DNA of 34,970 bases, taken from assembly GCA_012515925.1 (NCBI GenBank), contig JAAYXM010000033.1, positions 1 to 34,970 of the forward strand, read 5' to 3'. A program made the translations under genes and the position numbers. Below the pieces are notes generated by a model that saw only the letters and a list, made by a program, of their open reading frames with translations, was not told where the DNA came from and did no database searches. Below, piece after piece: positions 17,155 through 25,814 of this stretch (positions within the stretch are counted from its first letter, which is position 1; every line of letters starts with the position of its first letter). Source of the DNA: Clostridiales bacterium. GTDB taxonomy: Bacteria; Bacillota; Clostridia; Oscillospirales; JAAYXM01.

Positions 17155-18339
17155 TTATTGTTGTCCGCTATGTATTTTATCCGATAACGCGAATCTTTTA
17201 CCCGAAAGCTGCGAAACAATCCCTTTTATTTCAAGCATAGTAAGACAGGACAGCGCGTTTTGCGCGGGAAAACCGCTTTTTGCTATTATCTCGTCTATAT
17301 GCGGCGTGTCCGTTCCTATGGCTTTGACAAGCGTTAATTCCTCGTCGCTTATCTTTTCACGGAGTTTTTCAAGAATCCCGTCCAAATCCGGCCGCGTCCG
17401 CTCCGGCGTTTTTTGCTCACCGGGATTTTTCCGCGAATATATATCGTCAATATTAATTCTGTGCGGAAACCGGCAGATATACTCGCAAAGCACGTCTTCG
17501 CCCGAGGTGACAAGCTTCGCGCCGTCTTTTATCAGGTTGTTGACTCCCTCGTTGCTGGCCTTGTCGATATTCCCGGGCACCGCGAACACGTCCCGGTTCT
17601 GCTCCAACGCGTAATTCGCGGTTATCAGAGAACCGCTTCGTCCCGGCGCCTCGATTACGACGACGCCGACGGAAAGTCCGCTTATTATCCTGTTTCTCGG
17701 CGGAAAATTCGAGGCCTCGGGGCCGGTACCCGGAGGGTATTCGCTTATAACCGCGCCCGTGCATATAATCGACTCCATAAGCCGCTTATTCTCTTTGGGG
17801 TAGCATACGTCCACGCCGCAGCCCAAAACCGCCGCAGTAGGCTTCCCGGCGTTCAGAGCGCCTATATGCGCCGCGCTGTCAATGCCGCGCGCCATGCCCG
17901 ACACCACAATCCCGCCGCCGCGGGATATCTCGGAGGATATTTTTTCGGCGGCGCCGAGGCCGTACGGAGTCGAGCGTCTTGAGCCCACAATCGCGATTAC
18001 GGGGGTGTCGTCGATATCCGGAAGCTTCCCGCGAAGGTACAGCACGGGCGGCGGCGTATCGATGTTTTTAAGCCTTTCCGGGTATTCGGTATCATGAATC
18101 GTCAATATCTCTATGTTCTTTCTCGCGCACACCTCAAGAATTCTTTCGGCCCCGTCAAGGGATTTATTCAAAAGCACCTGCCTGTCCGCGAGATTAAGCT
18201 CGCGAACCTCCTCGAACTCCTCCGGCGGGGCGGCATGTATTTTTTCGGGCGTGCCGAACCTGTCAAGGAGCCTCGCGGCCTTTTTCGGCCCGATTCCCTT
18301 AAGCGTCGTCAGCCATATCCAGTATTGCAGCGATGCCAT
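17155..18339 (-). CDS. dprA: DNA-processing protein DprA (Smf)
   Basis: 394 aa with the Rossmann-like core GMARGIDSAAHIGAL, plus an N-terminal SAM-like and a C-terminal winged-helix-like extension. It sits in the conserved position upstream of topA. Confidence 0.9.
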   Translation of the reverse strand: MASLQYWIWLTTLKGIGPKKAARLLDRFGTPEKIHAAPPEEFEEVRELNLADRQVLLNKSLDGAERILEVCARKNIEILTIHDTEYPERLKNIDTPPPVLYLRGKLPDIDDTPVIAIVGSRRSTPYGLGAAEKISSEISRGGGIVVSGMARGIDSAAHIGALNAGKPTAAVLGCGVDVCYPKENKRLMESIICTGAVISEYPPGTGPEASNFPPRNRIISGLSVGVVVIEAPGRSGSLITANYALEQNRDVFAVPGNIDKASNEGVNNLIKDGAKLVTSGEDVLCEYICRFPHRINIDDIYSRKNPGEQKTPERTRPDLDGILEKLREKISDEELTLVKAIGTDTPHIDEIIAKSGFPAQNALSCLTMLEIKGIVSQLSGKRFALSDKIHSGQQ

Positions 18340-18343
18340 ATCC

Positions 18344-19114
18344 TCACCTGCTTTTTCCCCGCGTCATCTCATACATGATAATCGCGGCGGCAAGAGCGGC
18401 GTTGAGTGACTCAGCCCGGCCGCTCATGGGTATCACGATACTGCCGTCGCATAGCCCGGCAATCACGTCGCGGACGCCCGCGCCCTCGTTTCCGATTATA
18501 ACCGCGCATTTTGTCAAATCAACCGAGCTTACGTCCGCCGAGTCCTTTTCGAGACGGGCGGCATAGACCGGTATTTTCATATCATGAAGCATCGGTATAG
18601 CGTCCGGAAGCTTAGTGTTTACGGCATTGACCCTGAACAGCGAGCCCATTGCCGAGCGTACGACTTTAGGGTTATATATATCCGCGCAGCCGTCGCAGAT
18701 TACCGCGTCTATTGATAACGCGTCGGCGCACCTGATTATCGTACCTATGTTTCCCGTATCCTGCAAGCCGTCAAGCAATATAAAACGCTCTCCCGCAATC
18801 TTCCGCGGCGCCGGCATTTCGCACTCGAACAGTACGCCCTGCGGGGTGCTAAGCGTTGACACGGCCTCTATTATCTCCCGCGGCGCGGTATACACGCGAA
18901 AATCCCGCGGTTCACGCCCGGAAAAAAGCTCTTCCGAAATCCGCTCGTCAATCAGCGCCGAGCGAATAATAACGCTTTCGGCTATCGCCTCATTAAGAAG
19001 CTTTATGCCGTCGCATACGAACGCGCGGTTTTCATACCTGTATTTTTTATCGGTCAGAAGGCTTTTATAATGTAGTACCAGTCTGTTTCTGCGGCTTGTA
19101 ATGCGTTCGCTCAT
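18344..19114 (-). CDS. TrmH/SpoU-family RNA 2'-O-methyltransferase
   Basis: 256 aa with SpoU motifs DGLQDTGNIGTIIR, IIGNEGAGV and ESLNAALAAAI. The substrate (rRNA or tRNA) is not assignable. Confidence 0.85.
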   Translation of the reverse strand: MSERITSRRNRLVLHYKSLLTDKKYRYENRAFVCDGIKLLNEAIAESVIIRSALIDERISEELFSGREPRDFRVYTAPREIIEAVSTLSTPQGVLFECEMPAPRKIAGERFILLDGLQDTGNIGTIIRCADALSIDAVICDGCADIYNPKVVRSAMGSLFRVNAVNTKLPDAIPMLHDMKIPVYAARLEKDSADVSSVDLTKCAVIIGNEGAGVRDVIAGLCDGSIVIPMSGRAESLNAALAAAIIMYEMTRGKSR

Positions 19115-19302
19115 TTTTCGTGCAGCCTTTCGATATCCTTGTTTTTACCAGTGACAATCAGGACATCCTTTTCGCCGACGCGGTAATCGCCGCGGGGCGG
19201 GACCAAAACGGATTTGCTGTCGGATTTGCGCGCCGCGGTAATGCTCTTCATAAGATAATTAACGGGCTTGTCCCCGAACAGACTCACCGTCTTTTTCGTC
19301 AT
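19111..19302 (-). CDS. Small stand-alone TrkA-C (RCK C-terminal)-like domain protein
   Basis: 63 aa. SVLVPPRGDYRVGEKDVLIVTGKNKDIERL resembles the C-terminal half of TrkA_C domains (..IIPRGDTVLEAGDxLLVLG..L). Its stop overlaps the methyltransferase start by 4 nt. Confidence 0.45.
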   Translation of the reverse strand: MTKKTVSLFGDKPVNYLMKSITAARKSDSKSVLVPPRGDYRVGEKDVLIVTGKNKDIERLHEK

Positions 19303-19326
19303 CCGGCTTTCTCCCGTTTAATACGG

Positions 19327-20025
19327 CTATTTTGCGATAGCTTTCAGCGCGGCTTCCGCGGCCTCGTATTTTTTAAGGATTTTCGGGTTTTTAGCCCGGC
19401 TTTCGTTTTTCACCTTAATTCCGGCATACCAGCCTCCCGGGTTTTTAATCCCCAGCTTTTTGAACAATTCCTTTTCGTCCGCCCGGACGCAATACTCATT
19501 TTCGGAGGCAATATCCATACCCGAAAGCGGCTCGAACGCGCCCTCGGCGGCGTACCAGTCCGCAAAGCTTTTGTCAAGGATAAAAAGCAAAGTGTCGTCA
19601 TCCGCGAAGCTTAACTGGATTTTCTGCACCGCCGCGCCCAGCATCTCGTCAAACACCTGCCCTTCCTCCGGCTTGTCACGAAGCAAGCCGGTATAGAGCA
19701 TCTGATATTTAATATTTATTTTTCCGTCGCCGTCGGCGTCGGGAATAACCGTCTTAAGCTCCTCCGAGAGCTTTGAAAGCGCTTCGGATTCGACCATCGT
19801 GTCCCCGCCGACGATTAAGCACAAATCATACTTTTCGCGGTATACGATATCGCCGATGAACACGCAAAGCAGTATCAGCCCGAATATCGCGAGCAGCGTC
19901 TGCTTTTTATAATGGTACCAATAGACGTTTCTGAACCAGTAAAAAAACTTTTGCCGGAACGTCGCGCCGTCCATGTACCCGGGCTTGAAAACCTCGAATA
20001 AATCAAAAGAATCGCTGCTTTTCAT
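19327..20025 (-). CDS. Hypothetical single-pass membrane protein
   Basis: ORF 19327..20046. I prefer the ATG at 20025 (AAGGTGA 6 nt upstream) over the GTG at 20046. One TM helix (LLAIFGLILLCVFIGDIV) is followed by a soluble domain. I recognise no family. Confidence 0.6.
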   Translation of the reverse strand: MKSSDSFDLFEVFKPGYMDGATFRQKFFYWFRNVYWYHYKKQTLLAIFGLILLCVFIGDIVYREKYDLCLIVGGDTMVESEALSKLSEELKTVIPDADGDGKINIKYQMLYTGLLRDKPEEGQVFDEMLGAAVQKIQLSFADDDTLLFILDKSFADWYAAEGAFEPLSGMDIASENEYCVRADEKELFKKLGIKNPGGWYAGIKVKNESRAKNPKILKKYEAAEAALKAIAK

Positions 20026-20047
20026 ACGCTTCACCTTTTCGCACACA

Positions 20048-21544
20048 TTACGGCTTCATTGTCGGGAACAGTATCACGTCGCGAATGGACGAGCTGTCGG
20101 TTAATAGCATGACAAGCCTGTCCACCCCTATTCCCAGTCCGCCGGTGGGCGGCATGCCGTATTCGAGCGCGTTTAAAAAATCCTCGTCAACCTCCGCGTT
20201 GATTCCGAGCTTCTTCTTGTCCTCTACCTGCTTTACAAAACGCTTCCGCTGGTCTATCGGGTCGTTTAGCTCCGAAAAGGCGTTGCCCATCTCACGCGAG
20301 TAAATAAAGAACTCAAACCGCTCGGTGAACATCGGGTTGTCCTTCTTGCGCTTGGCAAGCGGGGAAACCTCGACGGGATAGTCGTATATAATTGTCGGGT
20401 TGATAAGCTTATCCTCGACAAACTCCTCGAAGAAAGCGACAAGAACCTCGCCTTTCGTGGCGTTTTTTTCGACATCGAGCTTATGCTCCCCGGCGGCGCG
20501 CACCGCTGACGCGTCATCCGCCCATTCGTCGAAGTCCACGCCGGCATGTTTTTTTACAGCCTCCGCCATGGTCATCCGCTCCCACGGCGAGCACATGTCA
20601 ATCTCTGTGCCCTGATAGGCGATTTTCTCACAGCCGCATACGGTTTTTGTGATATGCCTGTACATATCCTCGACCAGATCCATCATGCCGAAATAGTCCG
20701 TATACGCCTGATATACCTCCATTGAGGTAAACTCGGGGTTGTGCTTTATGCTCATTCCCTCGTTCCTGAATATCCTGCCCATTTCGTAGACCTTCTCAAG
20801 GCCGCCGACAATAAGCCTCTTCAAAAAAAGCTCCGTCTCGATTCTGAGATACATCGGGATGTCCAGCGTGTTGTGGTGGGTGACGAACGGGCGCGCCGCG
20901 GCGCCGATTTCAAGCGTGTGCAGCACTGGGGTGTCCACCTCTAAAAAGCCCTTGCCGTCAAGATAATTTCTGATTTCCCTTATTATCTCCGAGCGCTTTA
21001 AAAACGTCTCCTTGACCTCGGGATTTACGATTAAATCGACATATCTTTGACGGTATCTTAAATCCTGGTCTCTCAGGCCGTGGAACTTCTCGGGCAAGGG
21101 CTTCAGTGACTTCGCGAGAAGCGTTACGCCCGTGCAGTGCACCGATATTTCGCCGCGGCGGGTTTTGAAAACCGTGCCCTCGACGCCGATAATATCGCCT
21201 ATGTCAAACCTCTTGAATTTCGCGAAATCCTCTTCACCCACATCGTTAATCCTGATATAGAGCTGGATTTTACCGGTAAAGTCCAGTAAGTCGCAAAAAA
21301 ACGCCTTGCCCATGTCGCGGCGGCTCATCATGCGCCCCGCGAGGCTTACGTTCCTGCCCTCCATCTCGTCGAAGTTATCCGTTATGTCGGCGGCATGGTG
21401 GGTCTGGTTGTATTTTACCTTCTCATAGGGATTGTCTCCCTCTTCGGTCAGGCGTGTGAGCTTTTCGCGCCTTATTCTCAAAAGCTCGCCTGAATCAACG
21501 CTTTCACCGGATAGATTGTTCATGCTGCCGCTGTCGTTTGTCAT
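20048..21544 (-). CDS. lysS: Lysine--tRNA ligase (class II)
   Basis: 498 aa with an OB-fold N-terminal part and class II motifs including GRIFRNEGMSIKHNPEFT and GGLGIGVDRLVMLL. Confidence 0.96.
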   Translation of the reverse strand: MTNDSGSMNNLSGESVDSGELLRIRREKLTRLTEEGDNPYEKVKYNQTHHAADITDNFDEMEGRNVSLAGRMMSRRDMGKAFFCDLLDFTGKIQLYIRINDVGEEDFAKFKRFDIGDIIGVEGTVFKTRRGEISVHCTGVTLLAKSLKPLPEKFHGLRDQDLRYRQRYVDLIVNPEVKETFLKRSEIIREIRNYLDGKGFLEVDTPVLHTLEIGAAARPFVTHHNTLDIPMYLRIETELFLKRLIVGGLEKVYEMGRIFRNEGMSIKHNPEFTSMEVYQAYTDYFGMMDLVEDMYRHITKTVCGCEKIAYQGTEIDMCSPWERMTMAEAVKKHAGVDFDEWADDASAVRAAGEHKLDVEKNATKGEVLVAFFEEFVEDKLINPTIIYDYPVEVSPLAKRKKDNPMFTERFEFFIYSREMGNAFSELNDPIDQRKRFVKQVEDKKKLGINAEVDEDFLNALEYGMPPTGGLGIGVDRLVMLLTDSSSIRDVILFPTMKP

Positions 21545-21574
21545 TTGCGCTTCCTCCAGAATTTATCGAATAAT

Positions 21575-21616
21575 TAAAAAACAGCAGAGGGCGGGTTTTA
21601 TCGGCCCCCGGCTGTT
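21575..21616 (-). terminator. Rho-independent terminator downstream of greA
   Basis: A GC-rich imperfect inverted repeat AACAGCAGAGGGCGGG....CGGCCCCCGGCTGTT is followed on the minus strand by TTTTTTAATTATT. It lies directly after the greA stop. Confidence 0.7.
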
Positions 21617-21624
21617 ATATAATA

Positions 21625-22098
21625 CTATTTGCTGATTTCAACAACCTTAAACTTGAGAATTCCGGCCGGAGCCTGTACGGATACCACGTCGTCAATCTTG
21701 CTTCCGAGCAATGCCTTGCCGAACGGCGATTCGTCGGATATCCTATACCTGTACGGATCGGCTTCCTGTGAACCGACCAGATGATAAGTCTTTTCAGTAT
21801 TGTCGGCCATATCCAGAACAACAACCTTGCATCCCGTAGTGACCACATCGGTGCTTATCTGGTCCTCCTCGATTATGACCGAGTTCGCGATAATGTTCTC
21901 AATTTCGGCAATGCGCGAAAACAGCTTACCCTGCTCGTTTTTCGCCTCGTCATACTCGCTGTTCTCGTTGAGGTCTCCGTATGACCTTGCTTCCTTGATT
22001 TGCTCCGCTACCTCCTTTTCGCGAACGGTTTTCAGATAGTTCAGCTCTTCCTTCAGTTCCTGTAGTCTCTCTTTTGTCAGTTTATATACTTTCTGCAT
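21625..22098 (-). CDS. greA: Transcription elongation factor GreA
   Basis: Coiled-coil N-terminus with SENSEYDEAKNEQG plus a C-terminal FKBP-like domain. I prefer the ATG at 22098 (GAGGTG 5 nt upstream) over the GTG at 22104. Confidence 0.93.
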   Translation of the reverse strand: MQKVYKLTKERLQELKEELNYLKTVREKEVAEQIKEARSYGDLNENSEYDEAKNEQGKLFSRIAEIENIIANSVIIEEDQISTDVVTTGCKVVVLDMADNTEKTYHLVGSQEADPYRYRISDESPFGKALLGSKIDDVVSVQAPAGILKFKVVEISK

Positions 22099-22183
22099 AT
22101 CCACACCTCATTTTGCTTGTTGTCTCGCTACATGTTCCCACAACCCTAACACGAATAGTATTGTTTCGATTATATTGTTAACT

Positions 22184-22212
22184 ATTATATTGTTACGGTT
22201 ATAAGATGTCAA
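22184..22212 (-). promoter_or_regulatory. Consensus sigma-A promoter of greA
   Basis: On the minus strand: TTGACA (22212-22207), an exactly 17-nt spacer TCTTATAACCGTAACAA, then TATAAT (22189-22184). This leaves a leader of about 80 nt before the greA ATG. Confidence 0.75.
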
Positions 22213-22235
22213 GAGGCAAGTCAAGCTTAATAATT

Positions 22236-22368
22236 AATGAAACCGCTCTGCTTATTCCCCCCGAGGGGGGAATCAAGCGGTTATTCTCTTTTCATTCGGC
22301 AAGCTGATATAATGAAAAGCTTTGCTTATTCCACCTGTTCCTCCGACAGTGAGAATAAACACCGCTTG
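22236..22368. repeat. Pair of hairpin-repeat elements (family copies C and C'), period 75 bp
   Basis: In C, ATTCCCCCC-GA-GGGGGGAAT (22254-22273) is enclosed by AACCGCT(22241-47)/AGCGGTT(22276-82). C' (22311-22368) shares the 5' flank AATGAAA..CT.TGCTTATTCC and the 3' GAAT.AA..CGC, but has a different imperfect central stem, CTGT-TCCTCCG-ACAG. The extra stem CTTTTCATT(22288-96)/AATGAAAAG(22311-19) links the two copies. Confidence 0.85.
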
Positions 22369-22380
22369 CGCCGAATCATA

Positions 22381-23127
22381 TTATGCCGTAGTTTTCCCGA
22401 ATAACACTTTTCTTACCGAAATATGCTCCGGTAAAATAAGCCCGTTATCCGTCAAGACCTTATAAAGCTGGGCTATAGCCCCGTCCGGAATAAACCCGGG
22501 AGAACCCTCGGGCCGCTCAAATTCGATATCCCCCGCCGACAGACTCCGGCCGTCGATTTCGAGTATTTTGCCGTCGCCGTCGTCAAGATAAATATCTATA
22601 CGGTTTTCATATAGCTCTGCCGGTACATCTCCTTTCATAACGGATATTCCCGTCTTTTCAAGAAAGCTTCTGAATATCTCCTCCCCATACTTACCGGTAA
22701 CCGATATAAACCGCACGGTATCCTTAAGCCCCGTCACGGTTCTTTGCGTATCCGTGACACCTCCGCCGTGCACAACCGCAAGCGAGCGCCTTGTGTCGAT
22801 ACCGAGCAAATCCGCCGAGATGCGCAAAAGCTCCGGCAGCATCATTAAATATATCGGCCTTGCGTCTATAATACTAATACCCGAGGAAAACACCATGGGT
22901 TTATATTCAAAACCGTCCGGAACTATCGCGCGGGAAGCGCCTTGAACGCGCAGCGCTTTAAGCGCTTTCTTCACGCGGCGGTAAAGGGCGGGTTTTGTGA
23001 CGCGTTTTTCATGATAAATATCAAGCCTTAAAAATCTAATCCCGAACATAGTGCTTCGAGATATCTCAAAACCTTTTTTAAAAAACCCGGCCTTGTCCCT
23101 GAACACAGGCAGGATTAAAGCCAGCAT
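22381..23127 (-). CDS. Hypothetical protein (248 aa)
   Basis: ORF co-directional with its neighbours, with GGAGG 7 nt upstream of the ATG. It has no TM segment and no motif I recognise. Confidence 0.6.
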   Translation of the reverse strand: MLALILPVFRDKAGFFKKGFEISRSTMFGIRFLRLDIYHEKRVTKPALYRRVKKALKALRVQGASRAIVPDGFEYKPMVFSSGISIIDARPIYLMMLPELLRISADLLGIDTRRSLAVVHGGGVTDTQRTVTGLKDTVRFISVTGKYGEEIFRSFLEKTGISVMKGDVPAELYENRIDIYLDDGDGKILEIDGRSLSAGDIEFERPEGSPGFIPDGAIAQLYKVLTDNGLILPEHISVRKVLFGKTTA

Positions 23128-23209
23128 AAAACCGCCTCCGCCGCAAAACCATCAGTTAAGAATAACTAATAGAATATTACGACGGAGTACCGTATGATAT
23201 GACTAAAAA

Positions 23210-24427
23210 TTATTGCGGCTTTAAGCTCCCGGTTTTGTTCTTTATCGCCCCTATCGCAGCCTGAAGCTGTCTGTCCTCGGTTTCGGTGAGCTTGTAAAAT
23301 CTTTTTATCTCGTCCTGGGTAAGCGGAACTTCGGTATCCGGCTTTATGCCGCCCGTCTCGGCAAGGCTTGCGCCCTTAGCCGTATAATACTTGCTTGTTG
23401 ACAGTATCAGCCCGCCCCCGCCTTCAAGCGCAATAGGCTTCTGCGCGCTGCCCTTTCCGGTGGTCGGCGTGCCCACGATTGTCGCCTTGCCGTATTCCTG
23501 AAGCGACGCCGCGAAGAATTCGGCCGCGCTTATGCTGTATTCGTTGATAAGCACTGCCATCGGCAGCTTAACCTCGTTCGCGTCCGATGTATATTCCTTC
23601 ATATCGCCGTTTTTATTCTTCTCGCTTATTATCCTGCCCTCGGGCAGAAGCAAATCCAGAATATTGACAAGACTCTGCATCGTACCGCCCGGATTGTTGC
23701 GAACGTCGAACACAATCCCGCTCACGTTCGCTTTCAGAAGGTTTTTTAGAGCCTCCTCGAAGGGTTTGTCCACATTGCTGTCAAAACTGCGTATTTTAAT
23801 ATATCCGATATTATTGTCGATTATCCGCGCCTTGACGCTCTCAATATCAATACTCTGACGGATAATGCTTGTATCGACGGTTTTGCCCGTATCGGCTTTT
23901 CTCACCGTGAGCCTGACGGCGGTACCCTGCTCGCCGCGCACCTTGTTTACCGCCGCGTCAAAGCCTGTTTCACCGACCGCGACGCCGTCAACATGGGTTA
24001 TGATATCAAGGGGACGAAGCCCCGCCTTTTCGGCGGGAGAGCCCTCGAATACCTCGAATATCAATATCCCTTCGGTATCGTAATCATACGCCGCGTTTAT
24101 ACCGATGCCGACCATTCTGCTTTCCAGGGAGTTATTAAAGCTCGCAAACTGCTCCGGGTCTAAGTAATATGACCACTTATCCCCCAAAAACGCGACCATG
24201 CCGTAAAGGGCTCCGTCAATAAGCTTGTTTCTGTCATAATCGTTTATATAGTAATTGTCGATATACTTTCTTACCTCGGTTATTCTCGCGTATTCCTGCT
24301 CCTGCGTGTTGAAATTGTCAAGCTTTTCGTCGTATTCACGCTCCACTGAATACAGCGTTCCCGCATACGTTACCGCCGCGGTCAGAAGCATAAGCGCGGC
24401 GGTTGTGGTTATTTGCCGTTTTTTCAT
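23210..24427 (-). CDS. S41-family carboxy-terminal processing protease (membrane-anchored, PDZ-containing)
   Basis: 405 aa with an N-terminal anchor, a PDZ-like segment (GSPAEKAGLRPLDIITHVDG), the Ser-nucleophile context NEYSISAAEFFA, and TTGKGS. Confidence 0.9.
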   Translation of the reverse strand: MKKRQITTTAALMLLTAAVTYAGTLYSVEREYDEKLDNFNTQEQEYARITEVRKYIDNYYINDYDRNKLIDGALYGMVAFLGDKWSYYLDPEQFASFNNSLESRMVGIGINAAYDYDTEGILIFEVFEGSPAEKAGLRPLDIITHVDGVAVGETGFDAAVNKVRGEQGTAVRLTVRKADTGKTVDTSIIRQSIDIESVKARIIDNNIGYIKIRSFDSNVDKPFEEALKNLLKANVSGIVFDVRNNPGGTMQSLVNILDLLLPEGRIISEKNKNGDMKEYTSDANEVKLPMAVLINEYSISAAEFFAASLQEYGKATIVGTPTTGKGSAQKPIALEGGGGLILSTSKYYTAKGASLAETGGIKPDTEVPLTQDEIKRFYKLTETEDRQLQAAIGAIKNKTGSLKPQ

Positions 24428-24438
24428 GAATTGCTCCT

Positions 24439-25641
24439 CTATACCTTCTTGAAATAATTCATCGGATTTACGTCATCGCCGTTAATCAGAACCTCAAAGT
24501 GCAGATGCGGACCCGTCGAATAGCCCGTCGAGCCGACATACCCGATGGTATCGCCTTTTGTCACCTTTTTGCCCTTTCTCGTGGCGATTTTGCTCATATG
24601 CGCGTACAGCGTGCTCTTGCCGCCGCCGTGGTCAATTATGACGTAATTCCCGTATCCCTGGGACGAATACCCCGCGGTGATGACGGTTCCGGTATTGGCC
24701 GCGACTATTTTCGCGCCCGCCGGCGCGCCGATATCGATACCCGTATGCTTTTTATTTCTTTTAAAAATCGGGTCGAAACGGTTGCCGTACGGCGATGTTA
24801 TGCGTGTATATCCCGGCGTCGGCCATATAAATACGCCGCCCACATATGTCCCCGAGCCCGACTGTTTTTTCAGAAGCTCTTTTAATTCCGCCTTGACCTT
24901 ATTCTGCTCACGCTCGGCTCGGTCATACGCCTTTTTGTATTCCGCGCTTTCGGATTCAAGCGATTTTATAAGATTGTTCGCCTGGTTCATCTGTGTCTTG
25001 AGCGAGCTTTGCTTTTCGGAAAGCTTCGCCTTTGCCTTTGCCTGCTCCGATTTGTTATTCTCGATTTCCTGCTTTGCGGTCGCGATGTTCTTCCGCGTTG
25101 TTTCAAGGTCTGATATGACTTTTCTGTCAAAGCTTACGATATCCTCGATTATTTCGTAGCTTGTAAGAAACTCCGAAAAGCTGTCCGCCGAGAGCAGGAC
25201 GCCGATTAACGACACGTCCCCTTCCTCCTCCATAACGCGGACCCGCTTTAAAAACAGCTCGTACTGCTCTTTTTCGTCCTGCTCCGCCTGACGCAGCAAG
25301 CCGGCATATTGGTTTATCTGCTTGTCAAGCTCGGCAATTAACTGGTTTATTGTTTGTATCTGCTGCTCGGTAACGCTTATCTGGCTGTCAAGAACCTCTT
25401 TTTTCCGCATCGTCGATTTTTTCTGGTTCTGAAGCTTGCTAAGCTCGTTCTTGATTTTTTTCATTTCCTTATCAAGATTATCAAGCTTACTGTTTAAGCC
25501 CGAAACCGTGGTCGCGGCGGACGCTGTGCCGTTTTCGGTCTTTGAATATATAAAAATATCCAGTATAAACGGTATTATAAGAAGCGAAACGAGAAGCGCC
25601 GCGATAATCGTGGCAATCCTCTTAACATTCTTCTGCTTCAT
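24439..25641 (-). CDS. M23/LytM-domain peptidoglycan endopeptidase with a long N-terminal coiled coil (EnvC-like architecture)
   Basis: 400 aa with a TM anchor and about 200 aa of heptad-rich coiled coil. The C-terminal LytM domain keeps HxxxD (HTGIDI) and HxH (GPHLHFEV). Confidence 0.9.
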   Translation of the reverse strand: MKQKNVKRIATIIAALLVSLLIIPFILDIFIYSKTENGTASAATTVSGLNSKLDNLDKEMKKIKNELSKLQNQKKSTMRKKEVLDSQISVTEQQIQTINQLIAELDKQINQYAGLLRQAEQDEKEQYELFLKRVRVMEEEGDVSLIGVLLSADSFSEFLTSYEIIEDIVSFDRKVISDLETTRKNIATAKQEIENNKSEQAKAKAKLSEKQSSLKTQMNQANNLIKSLESESAEYKKAYDRAEREQNKVKAELKELLKKQSGSGTYVGGVFIWPTPGYTRITSPYGNRFDPIFKRNKKHTGIDIGAPAGAKIVAANTGTVITAGYSSQGYGNYVIIDHGGGKSTLYAHMSKIATRKGKKVTKGDTIGYVGSTGYSTGPHLHFEVLINGDDVNPMNYFKKV

Positions 25642-25679
25642 CTTATGCCCCCCTTGCTAACCCAATCACGCTGATTTAT

Positions 25680-25805
25680 GTGTTGACATCTCTCCCCCGA
25701 GGGGGAGATAGCGTCACTTATGCCAACCTGTTAACGCAATCATTTCGTTTTAAGTTTTGACATCTCTCCCCAGAGGGAGAGAGCGGGTTATCTCCCCGCG
25801 GGAGT
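25680..25805. repeat. Pair of hairpin-repeat elements (family copies D and E), period about 72 bp
   Basis: D has TCTCCCCC-GA-GGGGGAGA (25691-25708). E has TCTCTCCC-CAGA-GGGAGAGA (25763-25782) followed by a second small hairpin, CTCCC-CGC-GGGAG (25792-25804). They share the 5' flank T(G/T)TTGACATCTCTCCCC and the 3' tail AGCG. Confidence 0.85.
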
Positions 25806-25814
25806 GGAATTATA

